The notes under the pieces: generated by a model
Database searches by the model: none
The model's input: only the letters and a program-made list of their open reading frames with translations
Told to the model about the DNA's origin: nothing
Source: Octopus vulgaris
Taxonomy: Eukaryota
NCBI GenBank assembly: GCA_951406725.2
Contig: OX597827.1
Span: 14,570,001 to 14,634,000 of the forward strand
DNA length: 64,000 nucleotides
Direction: 5' to 3'
Made by a program: the position numbers and the translations under genes
In this document: in pieces, positions 26,161 to 40,167 of the stretch
Layout of the letters: each line of letters opens with the position of its first letter
Numbering within the stretch: the stretch's first letter is position 1

Positions 26161-26933
26161 CTTTTTCTATTCTTGAGCGCTATACTAATACATCTGTTTG
26201 TTTGTACACCACCTGCCTTCGTCTTTTGTTTATTTTCGTAAACTTTCCCTTTATATACACACACACACAAATATATATACATATACATGCATATATTTGT
26301 AAGGGCTGTCAGAAACAGTAAACAACATGAAATACGAAAACAAATAAGTTGAATACACAATCAACGAGAGAAACAAATGGAAAGCAGCAAAAGTAACATA
26401 AAGAATGATCCTTCATCAGTTGTTGGCTGCCTATCTACTGCACATTTAAAGCCCTTTAATGTCTGTTTTTCATGCTGACATGGGTTAGATAGTTCAACAA
26501 GAGCTGGTGAACCAGAAGACTGCACCTAGTTCCAATTTCTGCTTTGGCTTGATTTCTGCAGCTGGATGCCCATTTTAATGCCTCCATACAAGTCCCATTT
26601 ATCAAAATCACTCACAACTAAGCCCAAGACTATAGTAGAAAATACTTGCCGAAAGTTTCACCAGTGGGGATGAACCCAAAGGTATGAAGTTGAAAAGCAA
26701 GGCTCTTAACCAAACAACCTGGTCTGTGATTTAGACTCAAAGCCAGCAATTTTTAAGGGATCGTTTATCAACCCCGGTACCTAACTGGTACTTTATTTTA
26801 TCACCCGTCAAAAAAAAAAAAAAAAAAAATTAAAGGTAAAATAGATATCTAATCAACCCTGAAAAAATAAAAGGTAATGTTGACTTCTACAAGATTTGAA
26901 ATCAGAGTATAAAGACATAGAAGAAATATTATA

Positions 26934-27144
26934 CTCTCTCTTTTACTCTTTTACTTGTTTCAGTCATTTGACTGTGGCCATGCTGGAGCACCACCTTTAG
27001 TCGAGCAAATCGACCCCAGGACTTATTCTTTGTAAGCCTAGTACTTATTCTATCGGGCTCTTTTGCTGAACCACTAAGTTACGGGAACATACACATACCA
27101 GCATCGGTTGTCAAGTGATGTTGAGGGGGACAAACAGACACACG

Positions 27145-27198
<54 letters not shown>

Positions 27199-27317
27199 TA
27201 CGATGGGCTTCTTTTAGTTTCCGTCTACCAAATCCACTCACAAGGCTTTGGTCAGCCCGAGGAGGCTATAGCAGAAGACACTTGCCCAAGATGCCACGCA
27301 GTGGGACTGAACCCGGG
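26934..27317 (-). mobile_element. SINE family A, 5'-truncated
   Basis: Reverse-complement match ending at the B-box region. Confidence 0.9.
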
Positions 27318-27671
27318 GAATATAATTCATGTTGTAATAATTCAACCAGCTTGTCACCTTTGAAATGAGAGTAATGACTATAAAGATATGCAACAGACTG
27401 CATCTAGTTATATTGTTAATGGATGTATTCTGAAACGACCAAAGTGAATGACAGAAGACATGAGAATACCAATGAGAAACTTACTGAAAAATGAAATTCC
27501 CAGAAACCAGAGAAAAGTTGCCAAGAGTTAGCTAGGGTATGATGTAATTATAAAAGAGTACTTACCATATAATTAAGTAATAAAATGGTTCAACGCCCCA
27601 TTACAATTAAATTATCAATTAATCTCCTTCTCTGACGCCAATCAATGCTTTTTTACAAACATTCTGTATAT

Positions 27672-28092
27672 GTGCAGGAGTGGCTGTGTGTGTAAGTAGC
27701 TTGTTACCAACCACATGGTTCCGGGTTCAGTCCCACTGCGTGGCACCTTGGGCAAGTGTCTTCTACTATAGCCTCGGGCCGACCAAAGCTTTGTGAGTGG
27801 ATTTGGTAGACAGAAACTGAAAGAAGCCCGTCGTATATATGTATATATATATATATGTGTGTGCGTGTATGTTTGTGTGTCTGTGTTTGTCCCCCTAGCA
27901 TTGCTTGACAACCGATGCTGGTGGGTTTACATCCCCGTGACTTAGCGGTTTGGCAAAAAAGACCGATAGAATAAGTACTGGGCTTACAAAGAATAAGTCC
28001 CGGGGTCGAGTTGCTCGATTAAAGGCGGTGCTCCAGCATGGCCGCAGTCAAATGACTGAAACAAGTAAAAGAGAGAAAAGAGAGAAAGAGAG
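27672..28092 (+). mobile_element. SINE family A
   Basis: Full-length match. Confidence 0.93.
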
Positions 28093-28134
28093 TATGCTAT
28101 ATTAGAGAAAGTGTAGCTTTTGTCTTTATCTGTT

Positions 28135-28463
28135 ACTAACTGGCACTTTGTCAGTTATGACTATGAGGGTGCCAGTTGATCCGATCAACGGAACAGCTGG
28201 CTCATGAAATTAACGTTCATGTGGCTGAGCACTCCACAGACATGTGTACCCTTAACATAGCTCCCAGAGAGGTTCAGTGTGACACTGAGTTTGACAAGGA
28301 TGGCCCTTAGAAATACAGGTACAACTCATTTTTGCCAGCTGAGTGGACTCGAGCAACGTGAAATAAGTCTCTTGTATAAGGACACAATGCATCAGCAGAG
28401 ATTGAACTCATGACCGTACAATCATAAACCAAATACCCTAACCACTAAACCATGTGCCTTCAC
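28135..28463 (-). mobile_element. Chimeric SINE: family D head/core with family C tail
   Basis: Minus strand gtccactcagctggcaaaaatgag joined to ttgtacctgtattt...gttccgttgatcggatcaac. Confidence 0.8.
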
Positions 28464-28558
28464 TCTATTTATTACCATGCTAGTAATCAATAACAATAAT
28501 CATACTTCCACTAATGAAGCCTAATCTAAATTATAAATGTTCAAAAATATCTCCCTTA

Positions 28559-29128
28559 CTGTGTGGTAAGTAGCTTGCTAACCAACCACATGGTTCCGGG
28601 TTCAGTCCCACTGCGTGGCATCTTGGGCAAGTGTCTTCTGCTATAGCCCCGGGCCGACCAATGCCTTGTGAGTGGATTTGGTAGACGGAAACTGAAAGAA
28701 GCCTGTTGTATATATGTATATATATATATATATGTATGTGTGTGTTTGTGTGTCTGTGTTTGTCCCCCTAGCATTGCTTGACAACCAATGCTGGTGTGTT
28801 TACGTCCCCGTCACTTAGCGGTTTGGCAAAAGAGACTGATAGAATAAGTCCAATATAGAAAATTAAAAAATATTTTTGTTGTTTTTGTAAAATCTCAGAA
28901 AATAATTAAAAATTCACATTTTTTATCAAATTATTTTGTTATATTTGTCTATCTGTCCAACTGTAAACATTTTAAATATTTCACTAACTTTTGGTAAAAG
29001 GGTACATATTTTGCCAAAAAGAGACCAAGAATAAGTCCCGGGGTCGATTTGCTCGACTAAAGGTGGTGCTCCAGCATGGCCACAGTCAAATGACTGAAAC
29101 AAGTAAAAGAGTAAAAGAGTAAAGAGTA
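28559..29128 (+). mobile_element. SINE family A interrupted by ~175 bp AT-rich insert (28852-29027)
   Basis: Consensus stops at agaataagtcc and resumes at agaataagtcccggggtc. Confidence 0.88.
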
Positions 29129-29590
29129 TATACTCAACCAAAATATGTTAGCTAACCCCTAATATTTTTCTCAATCACTGTATTCAACCTTATTCCAGCT
29201 ACTTCTGATACTGAAAACCTTGGAAATAATTAAACCTATCTTTTTATTAAAAGATAATGGGTTGTTATGGAAAACAAGTGAATCCCAGATTTCCATTGTC
29301 AAGACTTAATTATTTCTCAAAGAATCATCATATAATCCTTAAACTGGATCTCAGTTTATTTATAGCAATAAAAAGTACTGAGGAATAAATCCTAATACGT
29401 TCAATGATTCTTAATATTTGATTGTTTTTTCATTTTCTGTATATTTTTTTAATGATCTCTTTGTTCTGAACAGGAAGAACTATTGTGCAATGAATTACAT
29501 AGATGATCTAATGTTGATTAAAATTTAATCATTCTTTAAAGAAAATATCTGTTGTTAAAAGGAATCCATATTTGTTTAGAAAAAGTCTTT

Positions 29591-29622
<32 letters not shown>

Positions 29623-29839
29623 CTATTTATTATTATAAATCACAGATAATGATTAATGTTGAGGAGAACTTAATCATGTTTCATTTAAAAAAAAATCTAA
29701 TTGTGATAAAAGTAAATCCTTTTTGTTTTGTAAGTTGAAAAATAAAAAAAAAAAATATTGCAAAATGGATCAAAAGTGATTACTGAGCGTTGTCGAGTGT
29801 TTTAATTATCTTTGTATAGTTTAGTTAAATTAAAGACCA

Positions 29840-30062
29840 TCTCCTTTACTCCTTTACTTGTTTCAGTCATTTGACTGCGGCCATGCTGGAGCACCGCCTT
29901 TTAGTCGAGCAACTCGACCCCGGGACTTATTCTTTTTTTTTTTGTAAGTCCAGTACTTATTCTATCGGTCTCTTTTTTTTGCCGAACCGCTAAGTGACGG
30001 GGACGTAAACACACCAGCATCGGTTGTCAAGCAATGCTAGGGGAACAAACACAGACACACAA

Positions 30063-30097
<35 letters not shown>

Positions 30098-30270
30098 CAT
30101 ATATACGACAGGCTTCTTTCAGGTTTCTGTCTACCAAATCCACTCACAAGGCATTGGTCGGCCCGGGGCTATAGCAGAAGACACTACTTGCTCAAGATGC
30201 CACGCAGTGGGACTGAACCCAGAACCATGTGGTTGGTTAGCAAGCTACTTACCACATGGCCACTCCTGCC
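29840..30270 (-). mobile_element. SINE family A
   Basis: Full-length reverse-complement match. Confidence 0.92.
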
Positions 30271-31049
30271 ACTCCATCGATTTTCTTTTTTTTTTTTTTT
30301 TGTCATTCTAAAGTCACCAATTTGTTAGGAGAGATATAGTCCATTAAATTCAACTCCCGTCCATCCCGAATATATATTTCATCATCCCTTGAAGGATAAA
30401 AGGAAAGCTTGATTCCCGTGATGGGATTAGGTATAAAACAGTTCTTTCAATCCCAAACTAGTTTTTCAAGTATATTTCATCCTGTGCTATATAGACATCT
30501 ATCTCAAACTCACCACCCTCTTTTTTTTTTTTTTTTATGTCATAAACCTTTATAACATCAATACTTACATCTCCTCTTTATTCGCTCATTCCTCCTACAT
30601 CCTCATCACTGGTACAGAAACCAGATCATTTGCCATTTCCACCAATTATTATCTCACCTACCTACATCCCTGCTGATCAATGCCTTTTTTTTTTTACATC
30701 TTTCTCACATCCAAACCTAGTCTTTATCCCTCTATCACCATATCTGCATCCATCAAATTATCTGACCACAACCTGATGAAAAACGAAAAATACAGATGTA
30801 TATATTTTTTTTTTTGCTGTACAGCAACTAATAAGCATCACAATTTCACCAGTTCTATGCTGACTATAAACTGGCAGATCCATTCATGACAGCTAAGTAG
30901 ACAACATGTATACATATATGTGGATGTGTGTGTTTCTGCATGAGTGAGTGAGTGTGTGTGTATGTGTGTGTGTGTGTGTGTGTGTGTTGTGAAGACACCT
31001 TGCTTAGAGCTTAGTGGTGTGTATGTATTATATATATTATATATATATA

Positions 31050-31145
31050 TCATCATCATCATACACTGTTTTAAATCCAGGTTTTGTTCCCATTAACAGG
31101 GATGGCCATATCTACCTCAATGCCACACCAACCGAGGTAGGCAGG
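31050..31145 (-). mobile_element. Unclassified retroelement 3' tail with (ATG)n end; second copy at 35900-36001
   Basis: ttttaaatccaggttttgt...ttaacaggg...caaccgagg.aggca shared by both copies. Confidence 0.55.
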
Positions 31146-33503
31146 TGCAAGTCCATTCTCCTTTGCTATCATGAGGCTTTTTTGGAGCTGGATTTTCTAT
31201 GTATGTATGTATGTATATGTGTGTATATATGTGTGTGTGTGTGTGTGTGTGCATGTATGCATGTATATGCATATTATACTATATATATATATATTATGTG
31301 TTTTATAAATACCTCTCTCTCTCTTTCTTGCACTCTCTCACTGTGTGTGTGTATGTGTGCGTGTGTGTGTGTATGTGTGTGTTTGTGTGTGTGTGTGTGT
31401 ATTCTTAGGTGTGTCCTTCAACACTTCCTACACAATTAAAGCCTGCAGTCCATAGATAGATTCAAATCCTTAAGTGGTTCAACCAAAACTTCAGTGCAGC
31501 AGTACAGGTGGCTTTCAGAAACCTGAGAGACATCTAGCTGTCAGGAATAGGAACCACAATGGCTTGGTATATTACCTGTGATATACCACGATAAAGGAAA
31601 TTCGCCCATCAACTACCTGACATCAAGAAACCTATGCTAAATATAAGAACAAAATGAACGAACTGCTGACTAATCTCCATAATATGGTGTTGAATGCTGA
31701 TGTGATTGCAGGCTGATTATGTCAGGTATGTCAGTTTAATTGCTGCATCAAGTTCCAGAGACATCTTAATAGGAAGCAATCTATCAAGAATCAGAATATC
31801 TTCAAGTTAAAGAACAATCAAACTTAATGTTGAAGACTTACTGACAAGTCAGTCCAATGAGTAGGCAGCTCGGATAATTCATTGTTATATGCTATCTATA
31901 TCAATTCAGCGGAACAATTAAGACCAGTCACCTGCGAGATACAATGCTTACTTGATGACAATGAAGACAAAGAAATTCACAAGCTATTAACTGGAAAGCA
32001 CTGCCTGTTTGAATATACCAAATGAAAAAAAAAAATATTAAAAAAAAAAAGCAAGAAAGAAAAAAAAAAATATTCAGCTACAGTAAAGTCTTGAATTAAA
32101 AATAAATTAATGTCTTCTGCTACAGAACTGTAAATGTTAGTCCTGATCAAGCTATAAGCATTCTTATTATGCTTGGTCTTTCACTGTGGAAAAAAAAAAA
32201 TGTATTAGTTTTTATTAAAATTGTTTCTGCCAGTTCCACTAACTTCATTATACTTAAGAGATACTGAGATAAATAATTCATTTATTTCATGGTTTTCTTT
32301 CTTACGAAGCATTTAAAAAAAAAAAAAAAAACTGTTTTTTTTTTTTCATTACCATTTGTTTTGCTATTTTTTTTTTATTTATTTATTTCTCATCTCAAGA
32401 TTCCTCAAATAACAAAGATTTTTCTTCTGCGTTAAAATGCTGCAAGTGACAGTGAAGCTAAAGCAGGAAAGTAACACACTGCTTTAGTCTGTCGTTGGTT
32501 TAAAATGATAACCTAGCTATTGCTATCTGATCAATGTCGACTACATCGACAGTTCAGCAGGAATAAAATATTCAGGAGGCAGATATTTAAGTAAGTTGTA
32601 AATACATAGTGAAGCAGCTTATCTGTGCATAAACTGAATGATTAGGCAGTTGAAAGAATTGAACTAGCTTGCAGTAAAAATTACTCTACAATGACTTGCA
32701 GGCAGATAAAAATTTATAGACAGCATAATAACCAAATTTTTATTTTTCTTTCTTACATTTTTTTTTTTGGTTTTAATCTAGAAAACTGCATTGGAAAGTT
32801 CTGGCAAAGAAACTATATAGATGCCCCAGGGAGTCTCTGACAAAAATTAATTTTGATCTCCTCTTTAAAAAAAAAACAAAAAAAAACTCATAAATTTTTA
32901 TAATACTCACTTTGTTAAATTGCTCATTAAGTTAGAATTAATTTAGGCTGCAATTTTACATTGTCAGAAACATATATTTAAAATTTATTTTGTGATTGAT
33001 TTTATTTTTATGTCATTGTTTTTTTGGGGTTTTTTTTTTTCATATTCTAAATATTTTCGAATTTACATCCCGTTATCTATTTACTGCGGAGTTATTGTGT
33101 TGGTGTTTATTGCCAGTTTCCTAAAACGGTGCAGTAACTACTATACTAATGTTCCATTGGTTCACTACTGAAGCCTTTGTCTTGGTTTTTTGTTGTTTTT
33201 TTTGCTTGTTAGTTTATCTTTTGTGGTTTACCTTTTATTTTACTTGTTTCAGTCACAGGGTTGTGGCCATGCTGGAACACCATGTTGAAGAGTTTAATCT
33301 AACAAATCAACCACAGCACTAATTATTTTTTTTTAAAGTCTGATACTTAATCTATTGGTTTCTTTGGCTGAACTGCTAAATTACAGGGACGTAAGCAACC
33401 CCACAAAACAGTCATGAGGTGGTGGGGATAATAGTGGTGGTGGGAGGAGCAAACACAAAGACACACACACACACACACACACACTCATACATACATACAT
33501 ACA

Positions 33504-33539
<36 letters not shown>

Positions 33540-34080
33540 TATATGTATATATATGCATATATGATGTATATATATATATAGTCATTTCACATTCAGTCTG
33601 ATTGTTCTGATTTAGTTTCATCCTTGCATGGACATGGATGGCCATCACCATAGAACTTTTCAAAATACAAGATGGATCAAGAAATGAAACGATGGTGACA
33701 CATTTATACATCACTGAATTTAAGTGACAAAATCTCGTACAACACTTTTGTCACTCTCTCGGTACATCACAGTAGTTTCCAGTGACACGCATTGCAAGAT
33801 GACCAGTAACTATTTTGACTGTAAGGGTTGTGTCAAAGATTCTCTCTCCTAGAAGAGTTGCCTTCACCGTAATTTTGTCAAAAATAACAGTAGTCTCCTC
33901 TACCCCTGGGAAATTCATTTGGCCTATAGATGTAACCCTGACAGATACTAATGCTCCGGGTCAGAACAGACCTAGGGAATAGTGGTAATTAAGATGTGAC
34001 TTCACATTCCCTACAACTTCCGAACTCCTGAACAGGAACCTCACAATTAAAATACTGTATAAAGCCATATCCAGAACATA

Positions 34081-34123
<43 letters not shown>

Positions 34124-34711
34124 GATATAGTGTATATTTATACACATAAGGAATCCACTTAGCGTGAGAATCAACACATTAGATAGAACAGCTAGGTTCT
34201 GTAAACCACAAATGATTATATATATGATTATGATTATATATATATATAACTATAAACTGAGAGACACCACCATACCGAAATAGCAGTCAAACCCTGACTC
34301 TAAAAACCACCTAAAATGTTCATATCACACTATGAGATAAGACAGAGAGACAAAATAAACTGGCAAAAAGATATTACTGGATAATTCAAGATCCTGGATT
34401 TCTGGCTTTGCTTCAAATAAGCTCTGCTTTCATCAGTTGAATATACCACATTAGCACATAAATACAAATATATATATATACAGAACACACGTTATACTTA
34501 CATATACGAACGTCCAAACATACATATATATGCACGTATGTACAAGGCCAGATTTAAATTGCCCGCCAACTACCTCACACACACATATATATATATATAC
34601 AAGTGTGTGTGTGTGTGTAAGACAATAAATAATTTTCGTTTCTTATTATGGAAACAAAAACGATATATAGTGTTGCAAAGAAGCGCTCACGTGAAGTTGA
34701 GACAGAGACAA

Positions 34712-35140
34712 AAATCATTGATTAGGGAACAAACATAAAATTTGGGCAATGACTTTATATAACCCCACACTTCTATACATTTCATCTTATACAAATAACA
34801 CCATGGCTTTCAACATATAAAAGAAATACATATATAAACACCAAACGGAAAAATTTATATATGCACATATAAAAATATATAGAAGGGCCTGTCTGGAAAA
34901 ATGTATATAAAAATCGACTAAAACAGGTGATTAAAAAGAAATTTTTCCTGACAGGTCCTTCTATATATTTTTGCATTTTTATACGTGCATATATATATTT
35001 TTACCTTCAGTGTTTATAAATGTATTTTTTTATATATTGAAGGCCATGGTATTATTTGTATATGATGAAAATGTATACAAGCGTGGGGTTATATGAAGTC
35101 ATTGGCCTGAATTTGATGTTTGTTTTCTAATCAATGGTTT
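34712..35140. repeat. Long foldback: ~190-200 bp inverted arms (34712-34902 / 34941-35140), 38 nt spacer
   Basis: Arms align end to end as reverse complements, roughly 80% by eye. Confidence 0.9.
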
Positions 35141-35308
35141 ATATAAATATATACTCTCAAACATTTAACCCCCAATGAGGTGTCACACCATCCTATTGGA
35201 AAATACCTATTGATTACAAATGGTGCTACTACAGTACAATGAATTTTTTCTGGATTTTTCAAATGGTAAAAGGAATTCATGGACATTCTGTATAACTACA
35301 TATATAAA

Positions 35309-35729
35309 TATATTTCTTTATTGCTCACAGGGGGCTAAACATAGAGGGAACAAACAAGGACAGACAAAGGGATTAAGTCGATTATACCAATCCCAGTGTG
35401 TAACTGGTACTTATTTACTCAACCCCAAAAGGATGAAAGGCAAAGTCGACCCCAGTAGAATTTGAACTCAGAACGTAGCGACGGGTGAAGTACCTATTTC
35501 TTTACTACCCACAAGGGGCTAAACACAGAGGGGGACAAACAAGGACAGGCAAACGGATTAAGTCGATTATATTGCCCCCAGTGCGCAACTGGTACTTATT
35601 TAATTGACCCCGAAAGGATGAAAGGCAAAGTCGACCTCGGCGGAAATTGAACTCAGAACGTAGTGACAGACGAAATACCGCTAAGCATTTCACCCGGCGT
35701 GCTAACGATTCTGCCAGCTTACCATCCTA
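35309..35729 (-). mobile_element. SINE family B dimer with 17 bp TSD
   Basis: ataactacatatataaa at 35292-35308 and 35730-35746. Confidence 0.93.
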
Positions 35730-36206
35730 ATAACTACATATATAAAAAGCATTCAAAGCACTAACTCGTTCTCTCTCTCTCTCTCTCTCTCATTCCCATA
35801 CACACATACACATACATACACACACATTCCACACATGCATGCACATACACAAGTGCACATACACACGTGCGCATACACAAACTTGAGCATGTTCACATAC
35901 ATCATCATCATCATCAACATCCAGGATTTTAAATCCAGGTTTTGTCCCCTTTAACAGGGGTGGTCAGACCTACTGCAAAGCCATAGCAACCGAGGCAGGC
36001 ATTAACTTTTATGCACATGAACTAAATTTCTTTTGAACTTCAAAGAACACAAATATTCTCATTTCATTGAACATTCTACTTCTTTCATACCATCATTGTA
36101 CACTCTATGCAGTGGTTGATGTTAGGAAGGGCACCCGGTCTTAGAAACCATGCCAAAGCAAAGGACAGATAGCAGAGCTTGGTGCAGTCTTCTTAACAGA
36201 TGTTAA

Positions 36207-36256
36207 ATGATGATGGTGAGGGTGGCGATGGCAGACAGTGATGGTAATGGCTTTGG

Positions 36257-36287
<31 letters not shown>

Positions 36288-36690
36288 GGTGGTGGTGGTG
36301 GTGGTGGTGGTGATGTCAGGCAGTGATGGTAATGGTTTTGGTGATGATGATGATGATGGTGATGGTGGCGGTATTGATGGCAGGCAGTGATGGTAATGGT
36401 TTTGGTGATAATGATGATGATGACGGTGATGGTGGTGGTGGTAATGGTTTTGGTGATGATGATGATGATGGTGATGGTGGCGGTATTGATGGCAGGCAGT
36501 GATGGTAATGGTTTTGGTTATAATGATGATGATGATGATGCTTATGATAGTGGTGGTGGTGGTGGTGGTGGTGGTGGTGGTGGTGGTGGTGGTGGTAGTG
36601 GTGATGGCAGGCAGTAATGGTAATGGTTTTGGTGATGATGATGATGATGATGGTGGTGGTGATGGCAGGCAGTGATGGTAATGGTTTTGG

Positions 36691-36721
<31 letters not shown>

Positions 36722-36792
36722 GGTGATGACGATGATGACGACAGTGATGATGACGATGATGATTACAGTCAATATCATTTACAATGCAATCA

Positions 36793-36822
<30 letters not shown>
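36207..36822. repeat. (GAT)n/(GGT)n minisatellite with recurring ggcaggcagtgatggtaatggttttgg unit
   Basis: Unit recurs about six times. Confidence 0.93.
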
Positions 36823-36823
<1 letters not shown>

Positions 36824-37318
36824 GAAAACATAGAAAGCATCGTTACTATCACAGGTGTCATCAATGTTATTAACATTCTCTCATTCTCTCATTCTCTTAT
36901 TCTTATATTACGGGTTTCCTTCTTAATCTGAACTACAAATCTGTTCTATTATTCTAAAATTCTGATTCATTCAGATCTGTCCATTGCAATCACATTTCAA
37001 GTTTTCTCTCCCTGTCATTTCATTTCTCATCTGGTTCGCATCTGTTATCAATCTGTGATATCTCTCCTTTTCACTACTCGCCTGTCAACTTTTCACCACA
37101 TGCCGATATCTCTCGTTACATTCTAATATTTAGATATCTATCTTCTTTACCAGATAGACACCATCATTTCTGTACAATGATACACTACCATTACAGCGGG
37201 CCGAGTAATAAGATACATATATATACATATATACATACATTCATTTATAATATATGTATGTGTATGTGTGTGTGTGTATTTGTATGTATGTATCTACATA
37301 TATATGTATATACATGTA

Positions 37319-37358
<40 letters not shown>

Positions 37359-37445
37359 TGTATATGTGTATGTATATATATCCAAACATGCCAGCATGGA
37401 AGGCAGACGTTAAAAGATGATGAGGAGGAGGAGGATGATAGCGAA

Positions 37446-37477
<32 letters not shown>

Positions 37478-37587
37478 AATATATATATTTATATATATAT
37501 GTATATATATATATAAATATATATGTATATATAAAAATATATATGCATATATGTATATATTTAAACATATATGTACATATATAAATA

Positions 37588-37631
<44 letters not shown>

Positions 37632-37666
37632 AATACATATGTATATATATATATCTATATAAATAC

Positions 37667-37713
<47 letters not shown>

Positions 37714-38314
37714 AATATATACACACACATATAAGAATATGTGTGTGTATGTGTGTATATATATATATATGTGTGTATGTAAAAACATTGTTTGATAACA
37801 CATATACCATGTATGTTTAAATGAAAAGACACACTCTTCTTGTAGATATAATAGAAAATGTGAAATAAATAATTGCATAGATGTGACAACAGCAGGTGGC
37901 CGAGTCAAAAGGGGTTTGAATTATCAACTGAGGTGTTAATATTTTGTAATCTAGTCTCTGGCACTGTTCGGAATCCATGGTTAATGCATAGAACTCTCAA
38001 TGGATTAGTCTAGTTTGCTGTAAGTAGTTATCTGTAGATATATAGTTTACCACCATAAGGAGCTACAGAATGTATATTTTTGATTTTTTTTTTTTTTTTT
38101 TTTCATTTGCATTGCTGAGTTTAATTCCTTCTGAAGAGAAAGACTGAAGCCAGATGAGTTGCTTCGTCGTGTCTTACCTATAGCAGCATCAAGTATTTCA
38201 TGGAAACTACCTGCAAAAAGTAACACTTCTTGTAGGGTATTTTTTTTTCAATCTTCATTATCATCATTGTTTAATGTCTGTTTTCCATGCTTGCATGGGT
38301 TGGACGGTTTGACA

Positions 38315-38444
38315 ATTTTCATCCTTTCGGGGTCGATTAAATAAGTACCAGTTACACACTGGGGTCGATATAATTGACTTAATCCGTTTGTCTGTCATCG
38401 TTTGTCCTCTCTGTGTTTAGCCCCTTGTGGGTAGTAAAGAAATA
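38315..38444 (+). mobile_element. 5'-truncated SINE B nested in a family E copy (38255-38640), 9 bp TSD
   Basis: ggtttgaca at 38306-38314 and 38445-38453. Confidence 0.88.
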
Positions 38445-38665
38445 GGTTTGACACTAGCTGGCAAGCCCAGAAGCCACACCCGGTTCCAGTTCTGTTTTGA
38501 CATGGTTTCTACTGCTGGATGCCCTTCCTAGAGCCAACCATTTTACAGAGTGTACTGGGAACTTTTCATGTGGCACCAGCATCAGTGCCTTTCACATGGC
38601 ACTATCACCAGTGCTCTTTATGTGGGACAATCCCCAGCACTTTTAACATGTCACCATCACCATAT

Positions 38666-39302
38666 ATCATCATCATCATCGTTCATCATCCGCTTTCCAT
38701 GCTGGCATGGGTGGGACATTTTTGACTGCGGACTGGTGAGCCAGATGGCTGCACCAGGCTCCATTCAGATCTGGCAGAGTTTCTACAGCTGGATGCCCTT
38801 CCTAACGCCAGCAACTCTGAGAGTGTAGTGGGTGCATTTACGTGCCACCAGCACAAGGGACAGTCAGGTGGTACTGGCAACAGCCATGCTCAAATGGTAT
38901 TTTTACATGTCACCTGCACAGGAGCCAGTCCAGCGGCACTGGCAATGCCCTTGCTCAAATGTTGTTTTTCACATACCACCAGCACAAGTGCCAGTAAGGC
39001 GATGCTGGGGTACATCTTATAGAGTTCCTACCTACGCCTTTTCTACAGATCGAGCAGAGCTATCTACCTGAAGAGATTTGTGGATTGTCTGCCTTCCTAC
39101 TTATTAGGACTTTGGTTTTAGCTAGGTTGACTCTAAGGCCCTTTGATTCTAATCCTTGCTTCCACACCTGAGACTTCTCCTCTAATTCCGATAGTGATTC
39201 AGCAATTAGAGCAAGGTCATCAGCATAGAGCAGCTCCCAGGGGCATCCTGTTTTGAATTCCTCTGTTATTGCCTGAAGGACTATAATAAATTGGAGGGGG
39301 CT
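38666..39302 (-). mobile_element. Internally deleted RTE-type LINE: reverse-transcriptase fragment (39008-39302) joined to family E tail
   Basis: SPLQFIIVLQAITEEFKTGCPWELLYADDLALIAES...GLRVNLAKTKVL (YADD), then GR*LCSICRKGVGRNSIRCT, then family E ending in (ATG)n. Confidence 0.88.
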
Positions 39303-39959
39303 ATACAAATATAATACGTACATGTCTATGTGTGTGTGTTTTTGTGTCAGTGTTTGTCATCCCTCAACCATTTGACAACCGGTGTTGGTTTGTTGACATC
39401 ACCATATCTTAGCAGTTTGGCAAAAGACAGTAACAGAATAAGTACTAGACTTTGAAAATACAAACTGGGGGTAATTTGTTCAACTAAAACCCATGAAAGC
39501 ATGGAAATGGATGCTGGATGACAATGATGATGAAGAAGAAGATGATGATGATGATGACGACGATGATAACGACGACAACAACGACGATAACGATGACGAC
39601 GACAACAACAATGATGACAATGACGACGACGACGATGATGATATATCCTATTGCTCTGTTTTAGCTTGTTATGGTATGTAAGCACAGCCTGAGGATTGCA
39701 TGAAGACACCAGACATGCTAAAAAATGCTATCTGAAATGTTTTCATCACATGAAACTAATAGTAGCTCATAAATATATATACTGTGTTTATCAAATAATA
39801 TATATATAGCATATTTAATTCATAATAGTTGTCCAACAAGATATATTTTGTCAAACTAACAATTATGGATTAAACATTTTATTCCCTCTCAAACTAATTT
39901 TTGAGTATTTTATTCTTAGTGGGCCAGACATAGCTTCTTTTAACCTGTCACCCACTTGA

Positions 39960-40010
<51 letters not shown>

Positions 40011-40115
40011 CAACAAGCTTCTTTCAGTTTCCATCTATCAAATCCACTCACAAGGCTTTGGTCAGCCTGAAGCTATAGTAGAAGACACTTGCCCAAGGTC
40101 CCACACAGCCACTCC

Positions 40116-40167
<52 letters not shown>

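Noticed and set aside
30773-30790. CTGATGA...GAAA hammerhead core (also 21518, 34430, 59420)
   Set aside because: No stem II or stem I pairing.
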